64,000 nucleotides of DNA, from contig NW_003314267.1 of NCBI RefSeq assembly GCF_000143415.4, positions 1,309,309 through 1,373,308 of the forward strand, read 5' to 3'. The notes below the pieces were generated by a model. The model was not told where the DNA came from. It ran no database searches and saw only the letters and a list, made by a program, of their open reading frames with translations. The translations under genes and the position numbers were made by a program. How positions within the stretch are numbered: position 1 is the stretch's first letter; every line of letters begins with the position of its first letter. Source of the DNA: Selaginella moellendorffii. Taxonomy: Eukaryota; Plantae; Lycopodiophyta. This document shows, in pieces, positions 46,287 through 64,000 of this stretch.

Positions 46287-48960
46287 TTAATCCCTGCTGC
46301 TGCTCACTTTGCTACTGCTGCCGCCGCCGTGCTTGGAAGATCTCGGCTTCCCTTCAAACGAAGACCTCCGCGACGACGAGGATGACTTGATCGAGACGGT
46401 TGTCCGAGGCCCCACAACCGACGACCCCACGCCAGCCGGCTCGCTCGGAACAAAGCAGCGTGACCGAGAAACTGTCGCCAAGCCACTGCCACTTTCTCTT
46501 CTCAGCGATGAAGACGACGTCTTGCCTGCCGCCGCCGCCGCCGCCGCCGAGCTCGTCAACCCGTTCACTTTGCTCGAGTGCCCGNNNNNNNNNNNNNNNN
46601 NNNNNNNNNNNNNNNNNNNNNNNNNNNNNNNNNNNNNNNNNNNNNNNNNNNNNNNNNNNNNNNNNNNNNNNNNNNNNNNNNNNNNNNNNNNNNNNNNNNN
46701 NNNNNNNNNNNNNNNNNNNNNNNNNNNNNNNNNNNNNNNNNNNNNNNNNNNNNNNNNNNNNNNNNNNNNNNNNNNNNNNNNNNNNNNNNNNNNNNNNNNN
46801 NNNNNNNNNNNNNNNNTCTTCACTGGCGGGTGGTGGTGGTGGCTGGCGGTCTCTTTCCGGGACGTGCCGTGGCCGTCGGGGATCTGCGTGCTCGGCTTCT
46901 CGTCTATCCTCGCCAGCTTTGACGTCCTGTGGTGTGGAGCCTCGCTGCTTTGCTGCCTCTTGCCTTTGACGACGAACTCCTTGTCGTCCGAGTTGGCCAT
47001 CGTGCAGAGAATAGTTGCAGCTTGAACGCCCGGAGAGCATGGCATGGCTGCATGCATTAAACACCAGCAATGCGTTACTCACGACGTCCAAAAGAATAAG
47101 AACAAAAAGAGCTACCTGGTAGATTCGAGAGTGTTCTTCGACTGTGAGGTGCGTCATCGTCGTCACGTTTAAGTTGGAGCGAAGGAAGCTCTGGATGCAC
47201 AGCCGACTTGCTCTTCTCAAACTCGCCTCCTCGATCCCTCTGAGGAAGTGAACCTTCTTCGTCTTGTTCTTCTTTGGGCCTGACCGCTGCAGCTCCGCTT
47301 CTCGACTCCGGCACCTCGACTTTCACCGGCGTCGGCTCCACCTTTGTCTTTGAGCCACTCTCACTTTTCGGCCATGTCCGTTCGCCTGTCCTGCCGTTCC
47401 TTGCTGCTCTACTGTAATCCGACACGCCGCATGGAGAGAACGAGAAGGGAGATGGAGGAATGCCTTCGTATCTAGAGTTTTTCTCTGTACCCGGCCCCGC
47501 ATGGTCCGTCGGCTTCGAGAACGATATCAACGCGTCTAAAGAATCACTAGCCGGCAGCTTGAGTCTGTCCGCAAAATCTTCAACTGAGTGAAGAGGTAAG
47601 TCTTCGAGAGTGAAGGTTGGAAAGAGCTCGAACGATTTCGATTTCGTCTGCATGAAGACATGAATAAAAGATCAGCAAAACCAAATGATAAAAAACGTAC
47701 CTTGTCCAGGGATCCCGGCGTGTGTAGTCTGTCCTCGGATTGCTGGCTCTCGTCGCCTTGAGATGGCCTCTCGAGATCCAACATCAGCCTTACCTTCACA
47801 TCTTCATTCAGAGCATTTTCTACAAAAGGCTTCTGAACAAACGTATGCTTTGGCAAAAGCTGCATGACATTGTTTATTTCCTTTAATACAAGTCCGGATT
47901 CGCCATCGCCGCCGTCATCGTCCGCCGATGCTGGTTGCGTTTTCTCTCTGTCATCGGACAAAAGAATGTCCAGTGGAGTAATATTTACCATGAAGCGAGA
48001 GAGATCAACATGCTTGGACTTGAGCCCGTACATGTCTGCGAAAAAGGAAGAGGAAAAAGAATCGTGTTTCAGATCGACGAAGGAACCAACTTGGACGAAT
48101 TGTAAAGAAACTCACCAAGAATGCCAGTGGCACTAGCAGAGTTTGATGAGACTTTAAGCTTTGAAGGGGATAAATCGGCCACGGGAGGTAAGTGACCATT
48201 TTTTTTGTCTAGTCTTTTTGAGCTTTGCCCTCGCCGTCTCCGTCTGGTTGACTCGACATTTTCTGAGAAGAGAGAGAGAGAGAGAAAAAAAGAGATGTTT
48301 AAATCTACTCAAAACTCCAAGAAAGAAAGAGAATGAAAAAAGGTGAGAGATGAATGATAAACAAACGCACCAGAGGCACTCGTGGACTGATCAGCAGCTC
48401 CATTGTTGGAGCCGTCTTTTTTGTCATCCTGGTGATTAGAGAGCTCCGCGGCAAGCACCTCCCCTTCTCTAGATCTCTTGCGGCTTCGACCCCCTCGGCC
48501 TCCCCCCACACCTTTGGACTCCGACCCAAGTCGCTCCACAGTTGTGATGCACGACTTGGTCTTCAGAACTCCCGTCCCAGAGCTATTTACAGGGGGGCCA
48601 GGCGCGTTCTTCAAAGTGATGACGCTCCTCCTGGGTTGCGGCTCCGAATTGGAGGACTTGGAGCCTGTGAGTGAGCGACACAAAACACGGAGATTAGAAA
48701 TAGCAAGAACACGGAGGGAAAGGAAAAGGAAAAAAAAAAAAACGAGAAGAACTTTGGAGCCTACCTGACTGCGAAAGAGACGAAATCCCCGAAATTGTCT
48801 TCCCGTTGAGATGAGGGGGTAGCATGGGGCTGCGAAACCCGTTGGAAGTGGAAACTCCCCCGGCTTTGGGATTGAAATGGGAACTTCTTGTCATCTTGGC
48901 TAGCGTTTCGTTGGTCATCATCTTCTCCAGCATCCCTTTGGACGACTCTGCGTATTCCAT
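46287..48960 (-). CDS. Uncharacterised Ser/Lys-rich protein, multi-exon, spanning the assembly gap
   Basis: Consecutive minus-strand open exons with short GT-AG introns, from MEYAESSKG to ...SPGVQAATILCTMAN...SSRD*. Confidence 0.65.
46585..46815. other. Assembly gap (N run)
   Basis: Run of n characters. Confidence 1.
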
Positions 48961-51357
48961 CCACCGCTTTTCCTCACCAATAGGAGCCGAATCTCGCTCG
49001 CTCGCCCGGCCTAGAGCCTAAGCCGCGAGCTCCTGCATGCCGCGAGGCTCTCGATTTACCCCGCCGCGAAGATTGAGAGCACAATCAATCTCCATCTCGA
49101 GCATGCATCTCCTCGCGGCGCGCCCCGGAAAAAGAGCGCCGCCGGCCAAGTCAACACCATCTGCCTAACCACGAAAAAGATGCCTCCCCCTTCCCTCTCC
49201 TACACAAGATTGGAAGAGATTGGGGGAAGATTGGGATTTCCACTGCCGCCCCACCTCACACGCACAGCGCCGTGTTTCTAGAGCCGGACGCGCGAGCGAA
49301 GAGAGGGATTCCAGCGAGAACGAGAGCGAGAGAGCGAGAAAGAGAGAGGATTCAATGCGGAAGAACGCAGGCGCTCAGATCTTTGTCGCCGCCGCGACCT
49401 AATGCCTCACACTCGCGGGGCGAGAGTCGCGCAGCTCACAAACCCTAGAAATCTCGTCGATGCGCAACGGCGAGTGCGCACTCTCCCTTCTTTTTTGTGG
49501 CTCATTCATGCAAATGTATATGTTTGCCTGGTCTGGCTTGGGTTGCCAGGTACCTTCCTGCCGGCCGTGTCCAACCCGGTGCTGCCCGCGCTGCCCGCCC
49601 TGCCCCAGTGTCCACGTCACTCGACCCGGGGCAAAGGGGTAGGTAGGTGAAGCTACTGGGTACCTTGTTGGATCATGCGTCCTGTATGGACCGCCGGCCG
49701 GAGAGGGGCGAGTGAAGAGAGTACGTGGGTTTTTCTGTTTGAAGATTTTTTGTTTTTCTTTTTTTCCTTTTTTCTCCTTAATCTTCATCCAACCGAACCA
49801 TCCAAATCATATAGGGGCCAGTGGTAGCATCGACAGGTAGCTTGCTTGCTCGCTTCATCGCTTTTTGGAATTATTCTCCCTTGCTTTTACCACGGGTGGG
49901 GGGGTGAAAGCTTTTTAACTCGTGGTGGTTTATTTTTACCCGGCGATGGGTGAGGTCACGAGCTCAATCCACTGTCCCGACACATACGAGGCCATTTTAT
50001 AAACGATGGGAGGAATCTACACATGCACAGGCAAGGGCACCCCCCTAAAGCACGTTGATTCGCTAGAAGATTCCTCCTCCTTGGTCAAAACACTAGAGCG
50101 ATCTCGAGCTTCAATCGTCAAAGAAGCGTCCCAGAGAGGAGACGTCGTCCCCTTTTGACTCCCTGTGAGAAAGGAAGGAGAGAAGTTTAGATCTATAGAT
50201 CCACATGAGATCTGCCTGTAGTTTTTACCTCCGCAAGCATTCCCTGAATTGGCGACCTCTTCTAATGTCCACCTCGCCCTCCTCGAGCTAAGCAACAAGA
50301 ACAGTGAGTCGATCGCGAGGCAACGTTCTCTAAACTCACGGCATCGTTTCCATAGATTAGATCGTAGCAAGTCCACGAAACGCATTGGAGCATGCAATTT
50401 TGCTTGGCGATGCTGCTGGATTGGCACTTCCAGCCCCAGAGTCCACTGGAGAATAGACCAAATTGTCAAGTGTATGATCGCTAATAGAGGTCTACCTGTT
50501 AATGTCTTGGAGACACTCTTTTTTTTTGGCCAAAATCTCGTCGTCCTAAACACCGATCGATCAATCACAGCTCTAAAAGGAGCTTCCTAAATTTACCGTG
50601 ATAGCCCGCCGCTTAGAAGCAAAGCCGCGATCCACGGCCAGCGCCACAAGCAGTAAAATCGTCAACAATCGCGCCATAGCCAGGGCTTTTAACTGTTGCC
50701 CTAAAACGAAAAAAATCGCTCCAACATTCTTGTGCTGACTCACGCACGACACGGTCTAGTTGGCACAGCCCAAGCGCTCCACGTGGCAGTTGTAAGGCCG
50801 TGTCGCCAATTGGCACTAGCGCACGGGCTCCTGCCACGTCAGCCCCACCCATCCATGGCCGCAGCCTCGGCATTGACCTGCAGCCGTTGGATCACCCCCA
50901 ACCCGACGGCGGCGATGGCGTACGCCACCTTCGCGGGCAGCGGGCAGGCCTAAATCCTCTGCGATTTTACGGCGCCGTCACACTTGGCCTCTTTCACAGC
51001 GAGCTCGAATTTACCTGTAGAGGAAAAACGCTGCCCGGGTCGCCTCTAGTATAGTGGCGCAGGCGATGGAGAGGAGCGAGGGCGCATAGGGCTTTTGTCC
51101 AGCGCCAGTGAGTGAGAGCTTCGCGAGTGCGGCTAGGGTTTTTCGGGGCGATCTCTAGAACACCATCGCGGTGGCGGAGCAGCCTAGAGGTAGGCACGGT
51201 CAATCTCCAGCTCCATTGCGCCGCTGCGAGGAATCGCGCACAGGGTTCTGCCGGGATCGATCGATTCCGGGGCTTTTGGGCCATGCTCTAGCAGGTACTC
51301 TGGATCTCTCTCATTGCGGGGCAAAGGATTGGATGTGTGACTGATAGAGCGGAAAGA

Positions 51358-52836
51358 ATGAAGAGCAAAGGGAGAGGGAAGCCGCGGAAGCGGGCAAAGG
51401 CCGAGGATGTGGCCGACCTCGTCAAGACGGAGATAGATGCCGCTGAGGCGCTCGCAGAGTTTAGCAAGCAAGTAGTGGTGGCTCGAGACGACGATTCTGG
51501 CATGAAGCTCCAGTGGCAGAGAAAGCGCAAGAGATCTACAAAGTATGGGATGGAGTCGTCCAGCAGCAGTATGTTGGTGGCCTCCAACAGCGCTGTGGAT
51601 TTCCCACTCGTCAAGGACGAGTACCCTTCGGACAGTGATAAGGAACGCGGTGGTGGTAGCCTTCCTTTGGTGACTTACAACAGGTTTGACACTTCCGAGG
51701 ATTCCCTGGAGCCGGGCTTTCGGGCTGAGAGCCCGAGCTCACCACTTCCGCCTCTTGGAACCGAGGGATACTCGGCCTACGTCAAGTCGGAGGCGGGGCT
51801 GGTCCAGCAATGCGCGTTCAAGTCATCGCTGGAGTTTGAGGAGAAGCCAAAGGCAATCTCCTGGAGCAAGCTCCGTGGGATGAAGCAGCCAAAGCTGGAG
51901 GACGGGAGGTCGAGTTTCCATGCAAAGGATAGGCGAATGAGTTCTACGCTAGGATGCGGTAAAGGACGGTCTGCCAGAGCCGTGTTAACCGAGGTAAGCC
52001 ATTTTGAGTTTCATTGTCTCGTCTAATATGTTTTGCTTTTCTCGAACTTGTCTTCCAGGAGGAGAAAGAGATCCGCAGACTTCGACGAATAGAAGCAAAT
52101 CGGGAGTCCGCACGTCAAACCATACGCCGAAAGCAGGTACTTATCATGGGATTACATGGCGTGGCAGTAAAGCATGGTCTCTTGATTCGCAGAAAATGTG
52201 TGAAGAGATGACGTTGAAAGCGAACGAGCTTTCTTCAGCAAACGATCGATGTAGGAAGGTAAATGCTCCCTCGCTTTGCTCGTGATTGATCGATTAAGCC
52301 TGTGTTTCTTTTCCGTGTAGGAAATCGAAGCGATCCGCGAGGAAAACCGGCGTCTGTATGAAGCAGGCTGTTCTTTACGAAAGCAGGTACATAACAAGTA
52401 TGATTCATACTCACGTCTTACATAAAGCTTTGTCTCGCAGCTTGCTGACAAGTACATAGAGCTCGGCGCCTCCTTCCCAGTTCTTCCCACTTTAGAGGAC
52501 GAATCCAAGTGTGCAAAGAAGCCGGATGGATTCAAGGAAGCGATCACTGAGACTGTCCAAGTTAACAGGCAGGATGACAACATAGAATTGGTGGAGTCAC
52601 AAACCTCACACTCCACAGCAGCGGTGGCTCGCACGAATCAAACAGCGGCGCCGTTGCTTACAGTGGAACGCTATACAACAATGGTTCCTCCAAGATTTTA
52701 TAGTTTCCCTTATTCATTTTACACGGGGAGAAAAGATGCGCTAGCAGCAGCTACGGCAGCTCAAGCCCGGCGACGAAGAAAAGAGCTGACGAGAAGCAAA
52801 AATCTGCTGGCCAGGCAAGTTAGCCTTAACTCTTGA
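51358..52836 (+). CDS. bZIP transcription factor, bZIP62-like
   Basis: EIDAAEALAEFS N-terminal motif, EKEIRRLRRIEANRESARQTIRRKQ basic region (Ile at the usual R/K position) and C-terminal AAQARRRRKELTRSKNL. Confidence 0.88.
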
Positions 52837-53111
52837 TACTTTGATCATCTTCCTCTCAATTTTCTTCTTTCATGATTTTTTTCTTATCCCTTTTTTTTTC
52901 ATCAACTCTGAGTTGATAGATATGGTTTGGAAAGCAATTATTTTCATGTGACACCCCAAATTGTATTCTTTATACGCTATAATGTTGAAAGCATGGTTGA
53001 ATTTTTTGTTTTATTTTGCAAATAGTGGGAGGAAAAAAACCAAGCAGTGGCACAAACTCCCCACTCAATCAATACAAATTAGCAGCAATTATCGATTCGG
53101 GTTTTCATTGT

Positions 53112-53893
53112 TTACTCAAACTGTGGGACTATTCCTCCAGCAGCAACAATTTGTTCTTCCAGCTACACAAAAAGTTTCATTACAAAATCTTACTGGTAAA
53201 GAAAAATCTCGTTTTTGAACCTGAAGAAGTGTTTCCAACCTTGCTTTCACCAATTGATACTCCCGTTTAACTTGTTGAAGGCAATTCACACACCTGGAAA
53301 AACAAAAGGATTTCATAGTATTTGAGAAGTTTTTGAAAGAATCCTGGTTCACCCTTCTTTGTTTGAAGCATCACAACACTGCCGAAAGCTAATGCAAACA
53401 TTCTTCACGCGTTGCGCTCCAATGCTGTGAGTTCGATCGATTCGTCTGTGAGAAAGCAAAAGGATGTTTTGCGTAGATACCTGGAGCTACTGCCTTTGAA
53501 CTGATGAACATGAGCATCAAGAACTTTGAAGTCAAGAGGATCAGTTTCACTGCCAACAAAAATGACAAAGAGACACATACGCATCAAATCAAAACAGAAG
53601 TTAAGTTAAAACTCACAGTGTTTCAGTGATGCTGTCGATTATTTTCTCGGAGTCCTCGAAAAAGAGCGTTACAACTTCCGCCACGAATCCTGGATTGCTT
53701 GGGTCCTGTAACTGTTGGAGCTGGACAAACTGATCATCGAGAAATCCCTGGATTCAAAAAAGAAAAAACCAAAAAAAAAAAAAAAAAACGAGCAAGAATG
53801 AGAGGTTCGAGCTTTGATAACCAAAATCCAAACCTCCTTGAACATGTCCTCTGTCAGCTCCACATATTTTTGCTCCAGCGGGGCTGCAGCCAT
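53112..53893 (-). CDS. AHP: Histidine-containing phosphotransfer protein (cytokinin phosphorelay), multi-exon
   Basis: [56 protein letters not shown] with the conserved His, and [13 protein letters not shown]. Confidence 0.95.
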
Positions 53894-54375
53894 CCCTAAT
53901 TCGATCGATCCAATCCTCCCCAGCGGCACAAAGATCCGATGGCCTCCTCACGGACGAATGCTCATGATCCGCTGCAAGGAATTCTTAGCAAATCGCCAGA
54001 AAAGCTATCGATCGGAGCTCACCCTCGTTCGCCTCCCAGCCCTAGCGATCATCCAAATTACCCTCCCCTGGCCAAAGAGGACAGAGAAAAAAAAAACCCA
54101 AAAAAAACCATGAGAGGAGAAAAGCTGTAGTATATTCCAGCTCGAGCCAATGCCATCCAACCACATAGAGAATAGCAGCAAGAACAATTGCAACACAGCC
54201 TGGAAGGAAAGACGGACAAAACCGAGCAAGGGGAGGAAAAACCTAAAATAGTGGCGATCGAATTTCCTCCAAATCTTCTCGCGCGCCACGCGACATAGCC
54301 CCAAAGCGTGGCAAATCTTCGGGAAGAAAATCTCGCTCGCTCGCCATTGCCACTCCGTCGGCCCTAAAGCTTTGT

Positions 54376-54384
54376 GGCGGGAAA
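54376..54384. promoter_or_regulatory. Candidate E2F site in the divergent AHP/ISWI promoter
   Basis: GGCGGGAAA (reverse TTTCCCGCC) about 160 bp upstream of the ISWI ATG. Confidence 0.45.
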
Positions 54385-54540
54385 TTTTTTGACCGAAATA
54401 TTGGGGCGATCGTGGCCGTCCGTTGCCGCAGCAACGGCTCGGATGCGCATGAGGCCGCCCTTGATGCCTATGCTCCCCTGGAAGCTGCGCCTAAAGGAAC
54501 GAAGAGTGTGAGTTAGGTTTTCTTAGAGCTGCTAGGGTTG

Positions 54541-59076
<4,536 letters not shown>

Positions 59077-59296
59077 TCCGGGGCTTTTAGTTGTACAGTT
59101 TTGATTGTTAATGGTCATCAGTGACTTTATGCCACTTTAGCCCTTGACTATAATTTGTCAGCCCTAATCTGACAATACCTAAACCCTAAACCCTAGCCCT
59201 AATTAGTTTAACTTTAATCCCTAATTTGTCTTTATTCTTCTTATATACAAACCCATATAAATGGGAGGAACAGCAAACATTGGAATGTACATTTAC

Positions 59297-61817
59297 TTAT
59301 TTTTGACTTTCAAGTTCCAGTATGAGCTGCTCCATGGTCTTCCTGTATATTGGCATGTAGTGATCATTCACCATGGTTCGCGACAACCGCACCTTCCCAT
59401 ATAGCCTCCTGTTCGTCTCAAACAGCCCCACCCTCGCCTTGAATTCCTGCTCGCCACCATCGCTGCCCGAGTCCTCTGGCAGCGGCGAAACCATGTGAAT
59501 CACTCGACCAGGGGGATAGAACCGATTGCGCTCTCGGCCACAGCCTTGTTCTTCCGATGGCAAAACTATGTCCCTTCCCATCTCGGTCGCGGACGCCATC
59601 ACGTCCTCCTCCTCTTTGGTGATCTCCTTGGCTGCTCGCTCTTCTTCTTCCCGCCCCAGGCGATCCTCCTCCTTCTGCCGCTGGAGCTCTTCTTCCAGCT
59701 CCTGCCACAGATACTCCTCGCCAATGCTTACGTGATCCGCTGCCTCCTGGGAGCTCGAACCGGGAAATTCTGCTTCAATCTCCATTTCCTCCTGAGTCTC
59801 CACGGACCACTTTGTGTCCTCCTGAGTCTCCACGGACCACTTTGTTTCCTCCTGAGTTTCCACAGACCACTTTGTTTCTTCCACCTCGGTGAAGGTGGAC
59901 GAGCACGGAAGAGAATCCGCCTTTGGAGCCTCTTCCATTCCCCCTTCACTCTCTTTAATACTCGTCACTGTACTCGTTACTGTGTTTGCACGCCTACGCG
60001 GCCCGATGCACGCCCATCCAGACAGTCCGGTCAATCCGAGCGATGGCCGAGTCCGAACAACTGCCATTGCAACGTTCTGCGCTTGTTTCATGACAACCTG
60101 GACGCATTAAAACACGTAGTTAGAAATTGGTGCAGGGCGCTGGACGATGGACGGGGGGAATGGAACTCAACGAAGTACCAGGTTGGAAAGATGACAAAGA
60201 TTGCTTTGCCAGTATATCCTAACACGGTTCGTCCAAGGATAGAAGAAACCCGGAAGAGCTTCTCCGAAAAAGATGTAGGCCTAATCTTTGCTGGAGAAGG
60301 ATCAGGAGAGTGGAGAAAGGGGAAAGCCTTGTGTTTGTTTCGGGATAGTAGGTACCTGGGTGCTGCTGCTGACTGGCTTCCAGATAGCCCCCGCGCTAGC
60401 AACTCCAGTTCGCATCCTTGCCATTGATGGCAATCTGCTACTTACTGCTGTAGCAGAACGATACACTGTCCGCAAGATTCTTGTTCGTTCGATCTGCTCC
60501 TTGAAATCACTGACCCAAGCAGAAGATGTCACCTATTTCAGAAAAATGAATTTCACAGCGAAAGGGGAGAAGTATGAGCAGCAAACTACTTACTTCAGCT
60601 CGTAAATCGTCCACAGATGCAGCAGAAAACGTTGGCACCAGATCTGAACCGTTTACGACAGACGTCACAAATGGCAATCCAGACTCCGCAAGCTCCCACG
60701 TCATGCAAGCAGCTGATAATAGTAGAATGTTAGCTAAGTCTCGGCTCTAAAAAATAGTTATCTACCAGGAGCGAAGGATACACAGTTCGCTGAACTGAAT
60801 TCCTTCTTCTCTCGAAGAATATACGTCAGCAAAGCAGCCGTGCCGCCGCCAAGTGAATGACCAACTATCTGGATCAAACGTAAGCGCCAAAAAAGGAGTT
60901 CCAATCACGCCTCTTACCTTTATTCGATAGCCGGGAGACTTATTTAAAGCTTCAAGCAAATGCGGAGTAGCTAGCTGAGCAATCCATCTTGCAGCAGCAA
61001 CCATGCCGCAATGAGCATATCCCAAAACCAAACTTTCCACGCCTCCGTTATGAAGAACCGTGAGATGGAAGGGGACAACCGCTCCCGTGACAGCCGTTAA
61101 CGTGTCCTTGATGCTATGAGTTCCACGGATGACAAGAAGTATGGATTCGGTCTCGTCATCCCTCAACACACAAAAGGCGGGCTTCAACAGCTGCACGAAA
61201 GAAAAGAAATAGCTCACTTAATCGACTAGTCCCGAAAAGAAAGAACCAACATACCGCAGCCTTCGGTTCTTGAAGAATCACTTGATCCTTAGAGAAGCCA
61301 GTTTCTTCCAGGAACAAAGGGAACGGCTTCTTTGAAAAATGTAGACATATAAGAAGCAATCGCAAGAGCTCCTTCAACGTATTCACAACCTCCAAGCCTG
61401 TAAGCTGGCAACCATCGCCAGCAAAAACACTAGCTACGTGGAGATGTCCCTGCGAAGATGAAAGTAGAGTAGCTGATTTAACAAGAAACGCACTACTTCC
61501 ACACTTCCACTTACTTGACGCCGGAGAAGGTAATTGATTCCAAACGCCAAATCCCCAATCGGCCATTTCCCAAGAGTCTCCGAGTAAGTAAACCGCAAAG
61601 TCTCCATAATCGTGGCAAGAGCTTCCAGCCATGTCGATGGAGCTCGGACGAGCCGAGGCATCCTCAAGGAGCTGGAGCTGGAGCTCCTACTGGATTCCCC
61701 GCCCTCATCCAGCTCGCCAAATTCATCCACACCGCGCCTTCCCCATGGAATCCCCCATCTCGAGTAGTAATACAGGGCAGCTGCTCCAGCCGCCGTCGCA
61801 AGCGTCGCCGTAGCCAT
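59297..61817 (-). CDS. Class 3 lipase (DAG-lipase-like, with Lipase3_N), multi-exon
   Basis: MATATLATAAGAAALYY, ETLRFTYSETLGKWPIGDLAFGI, GYAHCGM, GHSLGGG, FYPPGRVIH and DHYMP. Confidence 0.95.
59789..59880 (-). repeat. 30-bp coding tandem repeat, three copies, in the lipase
   Basis: EETKWSVETQ / EETKWSVETQ / EDTKWSVETQ. Confidence 0.9.
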
Positions 61818-62251
61818 CGCGCTCCAGAGCTTCGATCATCCCTCGGACATGGAGCTGCAAACCGCGCATTCGATCGAGAGGGAGCGGTTCCAGCAGCGTA
61901 GCCTTACCTGGAGAGATTGCAGAACCCTAGAAGCAGATCCAGCTCGCCGCGAGGATTTCGCACGGAAAATGCGATGACTCCCCCGAGAAATTCCACCGCC
62001 TTCCCTAGTCACAGAACAAACGTTGCGTCGCTTCTCCTCCGTTAGGTCTAAAAAGGTCGCATATGTCCGGAGGATATCCTCCTTGGAACCGTTGGATAAT
62101 CCAATAGGGCTGCTTACGTGGGCCGTCGGATGTCGCCGTAAGGCCAAGTGTCACACCGCGAATCCGACGACCACGATTTCTTCAAGACCGGAAGTGCCAC
62201 ACCGCGAAATTCGACGGCCAGGATTTCTTCTAGACGGGAATCAATGGCCAG

Positions 62252-64000
62252 ATGTCGAGCAGCCTGTCGCTTCTTTGTTCCAAGCAAGGCCCACTCCACG
62301 CGTTGAGGGCTTTTGCGAGCGCTCATGTTCTTCACGTCGATAGGGCTCACAGCGAGGCGGATCTGGCACGCCAGTGCAACGATGCCAGAGATCTCTCCCA
62401 TGCCCGCCAAATCCACGCTCGAATTCTCGCCACCGAGTGGCGCGGCAGCGTTTTCCTGGGAAATCAGGTCATTCATATGTATGGGCGATGCGGTAGCGTC
62501 GGCGACGCCGATCGTGTGTTTCACGCGATGGAGCGGCGGAATCTCTTCTCATGGAACATCGCCCTCGCGGCATATGCCCAGAACGGGCATCTTGCCGAGT
62601 GTAATGCCGGGTTCTCGAGGATTCCGGAATGGAATGTTGTGTCGTGGACGGTGATGATGGTGGCTTACACACAAAGAGGGAATGTCCAGGGCGCGAAGGA
62701 AACGTTCGATCAAATGCCGGAGCGGAATGTCGTGTCTTGGACGACCATGATCTCGCTATATGCCCAGTCAGGGCATTTCGAAGATGCCAAGAGAATGTTC
62801 TCTTTAATTCCGGAATGCACTGTGGTATCCTGGACGGTCATTTTCCAAGCCCACGTTACCAACGGCCAGATCGACAGCGCCAAAGCCGTGTTTGACGAAA
62901 TGCCCGAGAGGAACGTGGTCGCGTGGACGGCCATGGTCTCGGCATATTCCAACCTCCACAGGCCGGAAGATTCGCTCGCGTGGCTCAGCAGGATGCCACA
63001 GTGGAACGTGGTCACGTGCAACGTCATGCTGGACGGCTACGTGGCACGGGGCTTCTTTGACGACGCCGCCGCGCAGTTCCACGTCGTCCCCAAGGATGTG
63101 GTGACGTGGAACACCATGCTGACGGCATGCACGGAGCACGGCCACGTCGACCTCGCGGTTGAAATGTTCCACAGGATGCCGCAGCACACCGTGGTGACGT
63201 GGAACGCGATGATAGCCGGGTATGCCCGTAACGGGCATCTGGACGAGTCAAGGGCGCTGTTTGACTGCCTAGACGAACGCAACGCGGTGACGTGGACAAC
63301 CATGATTTCGGCGTACGCGCAATGTAGATTACTGCGGGAAGCCGCGGTTCTGTTCCACGACATGCCGCAGTTAGACGCACGGCCGTGGCACGTCATGGTT
63401 GCGGCATATGCCGAGGCAGGGCAGTTTGACGAGGCCAAGGCGCTGTTTGAGCAGTCCGACGCTCGGGATTCCACCACGTGGACGGCCATGATGGGCGCGT
63501 ATGCTCACCACGGCCAGTGGGAACAATCCAAGGCCTTGTTCGATGGAATGCGGAGAAGAGCTGTGGAACCATGGAACAATTTGATCTCGGTGTATGGCCA
63601 ATGCGGCTATCTGCAAGACGCGATCGAGGCATTCCATAAGATTCCCCACCGGGACGTGATCTCCTGGAACTCGATCCTCACGGCCACCGCGCAAAATGGA
63701 CGCCTGGACGATGCCGAGGAGCTCTTTCGCCAAATCCCCGAGACGAATCCAGTTTCTTACAACATCCTCCTCCAGGCGCACGCTCAATCCGGCAACATCG
63801 ATCGAGCGCTCGCTTTGTTTCGATCGATGCCAGGGCTCGGGATCCTGGCGTGGACGGCGATGATCCTGCTCTACGCCAAGACCGGCAATCTGGACGACGC
63901 GCGGGAATTTTTCCGCAGAATGCCGCAGCGCGACGCCTTCTCGTGCATCACCATGATCATGGTGAGCGCGATGAAGGGGAATCTCTCGGAATCAAACCAG
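62252..64000 (+). CDS. PLS/SS-type PPR protein, 3'-partial
   Basis: Frame reads open from ATG 62252 (MSSSLSLLLCSK...) toward the window end; FLGNQVIHMYGRCGS and many NVVSWTTMI..YAQSG 31-aa motifs. Confidence 0.9.
   Translation, partial: MSSSLSLLCSKQGPLHALRAFASAHVLHVDRAHSEADLARQCNDARDLSHARQIHARILATEWRGSVFLGNQVIHMYGRCGSVGDADRVFHAMERRNLFSWNIALAAYAQNGHLAECNAGFSRIPEWNVVSWTVMMVAYTQRGNVQGAKETFDQMPERNVVSWTTMISLYAQSGHFEDAKRMFSLIPECTVVSWTVIFQAHVTNGQIDSAKAVFDEMPERNVVAWTAMVSAYSNLHRPEDSLAWLSRMPQWNVVTCNVMLDGYVARGFFDDAAAQFHVVPKDVVTWNTMLTACTEHGHVDLAVEMFHRMPQHTVVTWNAMIAGYARNGHLDESRALFDCLDERNAVTWTTMISAYAQCRLLREAAVLFHDMPQLDARPWHVMVAAYAEAGQFDEAKALFEQSDARDSTTWTAMMGAYAHHGQWEQSKALFDGMRRRAVEPWNNLISVYGQCGYLQDAIEAFHKIPHRDVISWNSILTATAQNGRLDDAEELFRQIPETNPVSYNILLQAHAQSGNIDRALALFRSMPGLGILAWTAMILLYAKTGNLDDAREFFRRMPQRDAFSCITMIMVSAMKGNLSESNQ

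Noticed and set aside
46309-47220. Several long ORFs containing X runs
   Set aside because: Artefacts of translating through the N gap
49200-51300. Short ORFs between the unknown gene and the bZIP
   Set aside because: No coding or splice coherence; the region looks like a divergent promoter/UTR with G-box motifs
59179-59203. Interstitial telomere array
   Set aside because: Only two to three degenerate CCCTAAA units, which is ordinary telo-box scale
59495-60427. 310-aa plus-strand ORF
   Set aside because: Antisense shadow of the lipase gene

Overview
Gene-dense plant nuclear DNA. The 50-80 nt introns, many PLS/SS-type PPR genes and a Tcn1-like chromovirus suggest a lycophyte such as Selaginella (inference). 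The left arm (1-19 kb) holds a DUF616 glycosyltransferase-like gene, two DUF538 paralogues, HVA22, PRORP, two PLS PPRs, an F-box gene, a LEA3-like gene, a tandem tRNA-Asn array, a frameshifted aspartic protease, an orphan ORF and an SDR. The middle (about 19.35-41.85 kb) is an AT-rich transposon block between reciprocally decayed copies of an SDR-MHX duplication. It contains a decayed RAG1/Transib-like transposase, a self-priming Tcn1/Tf1-like chromodomain Gypsy nested in an older Gypsy, an intact very AT-rich secreted gene with an unknown domain plus a bulb lectin, and a Myb-only PIF/Harbinger element. The right arm holds MHX, a pseudogene, an unknown gene spanning an N gap, a bZIP62-like factor, AHP, ISWI, a class 3 lipase and a PPR that runs off the end. 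Exon boundaries and degenerate translations were read by eye, so coordinates of decayed elements are approximate.
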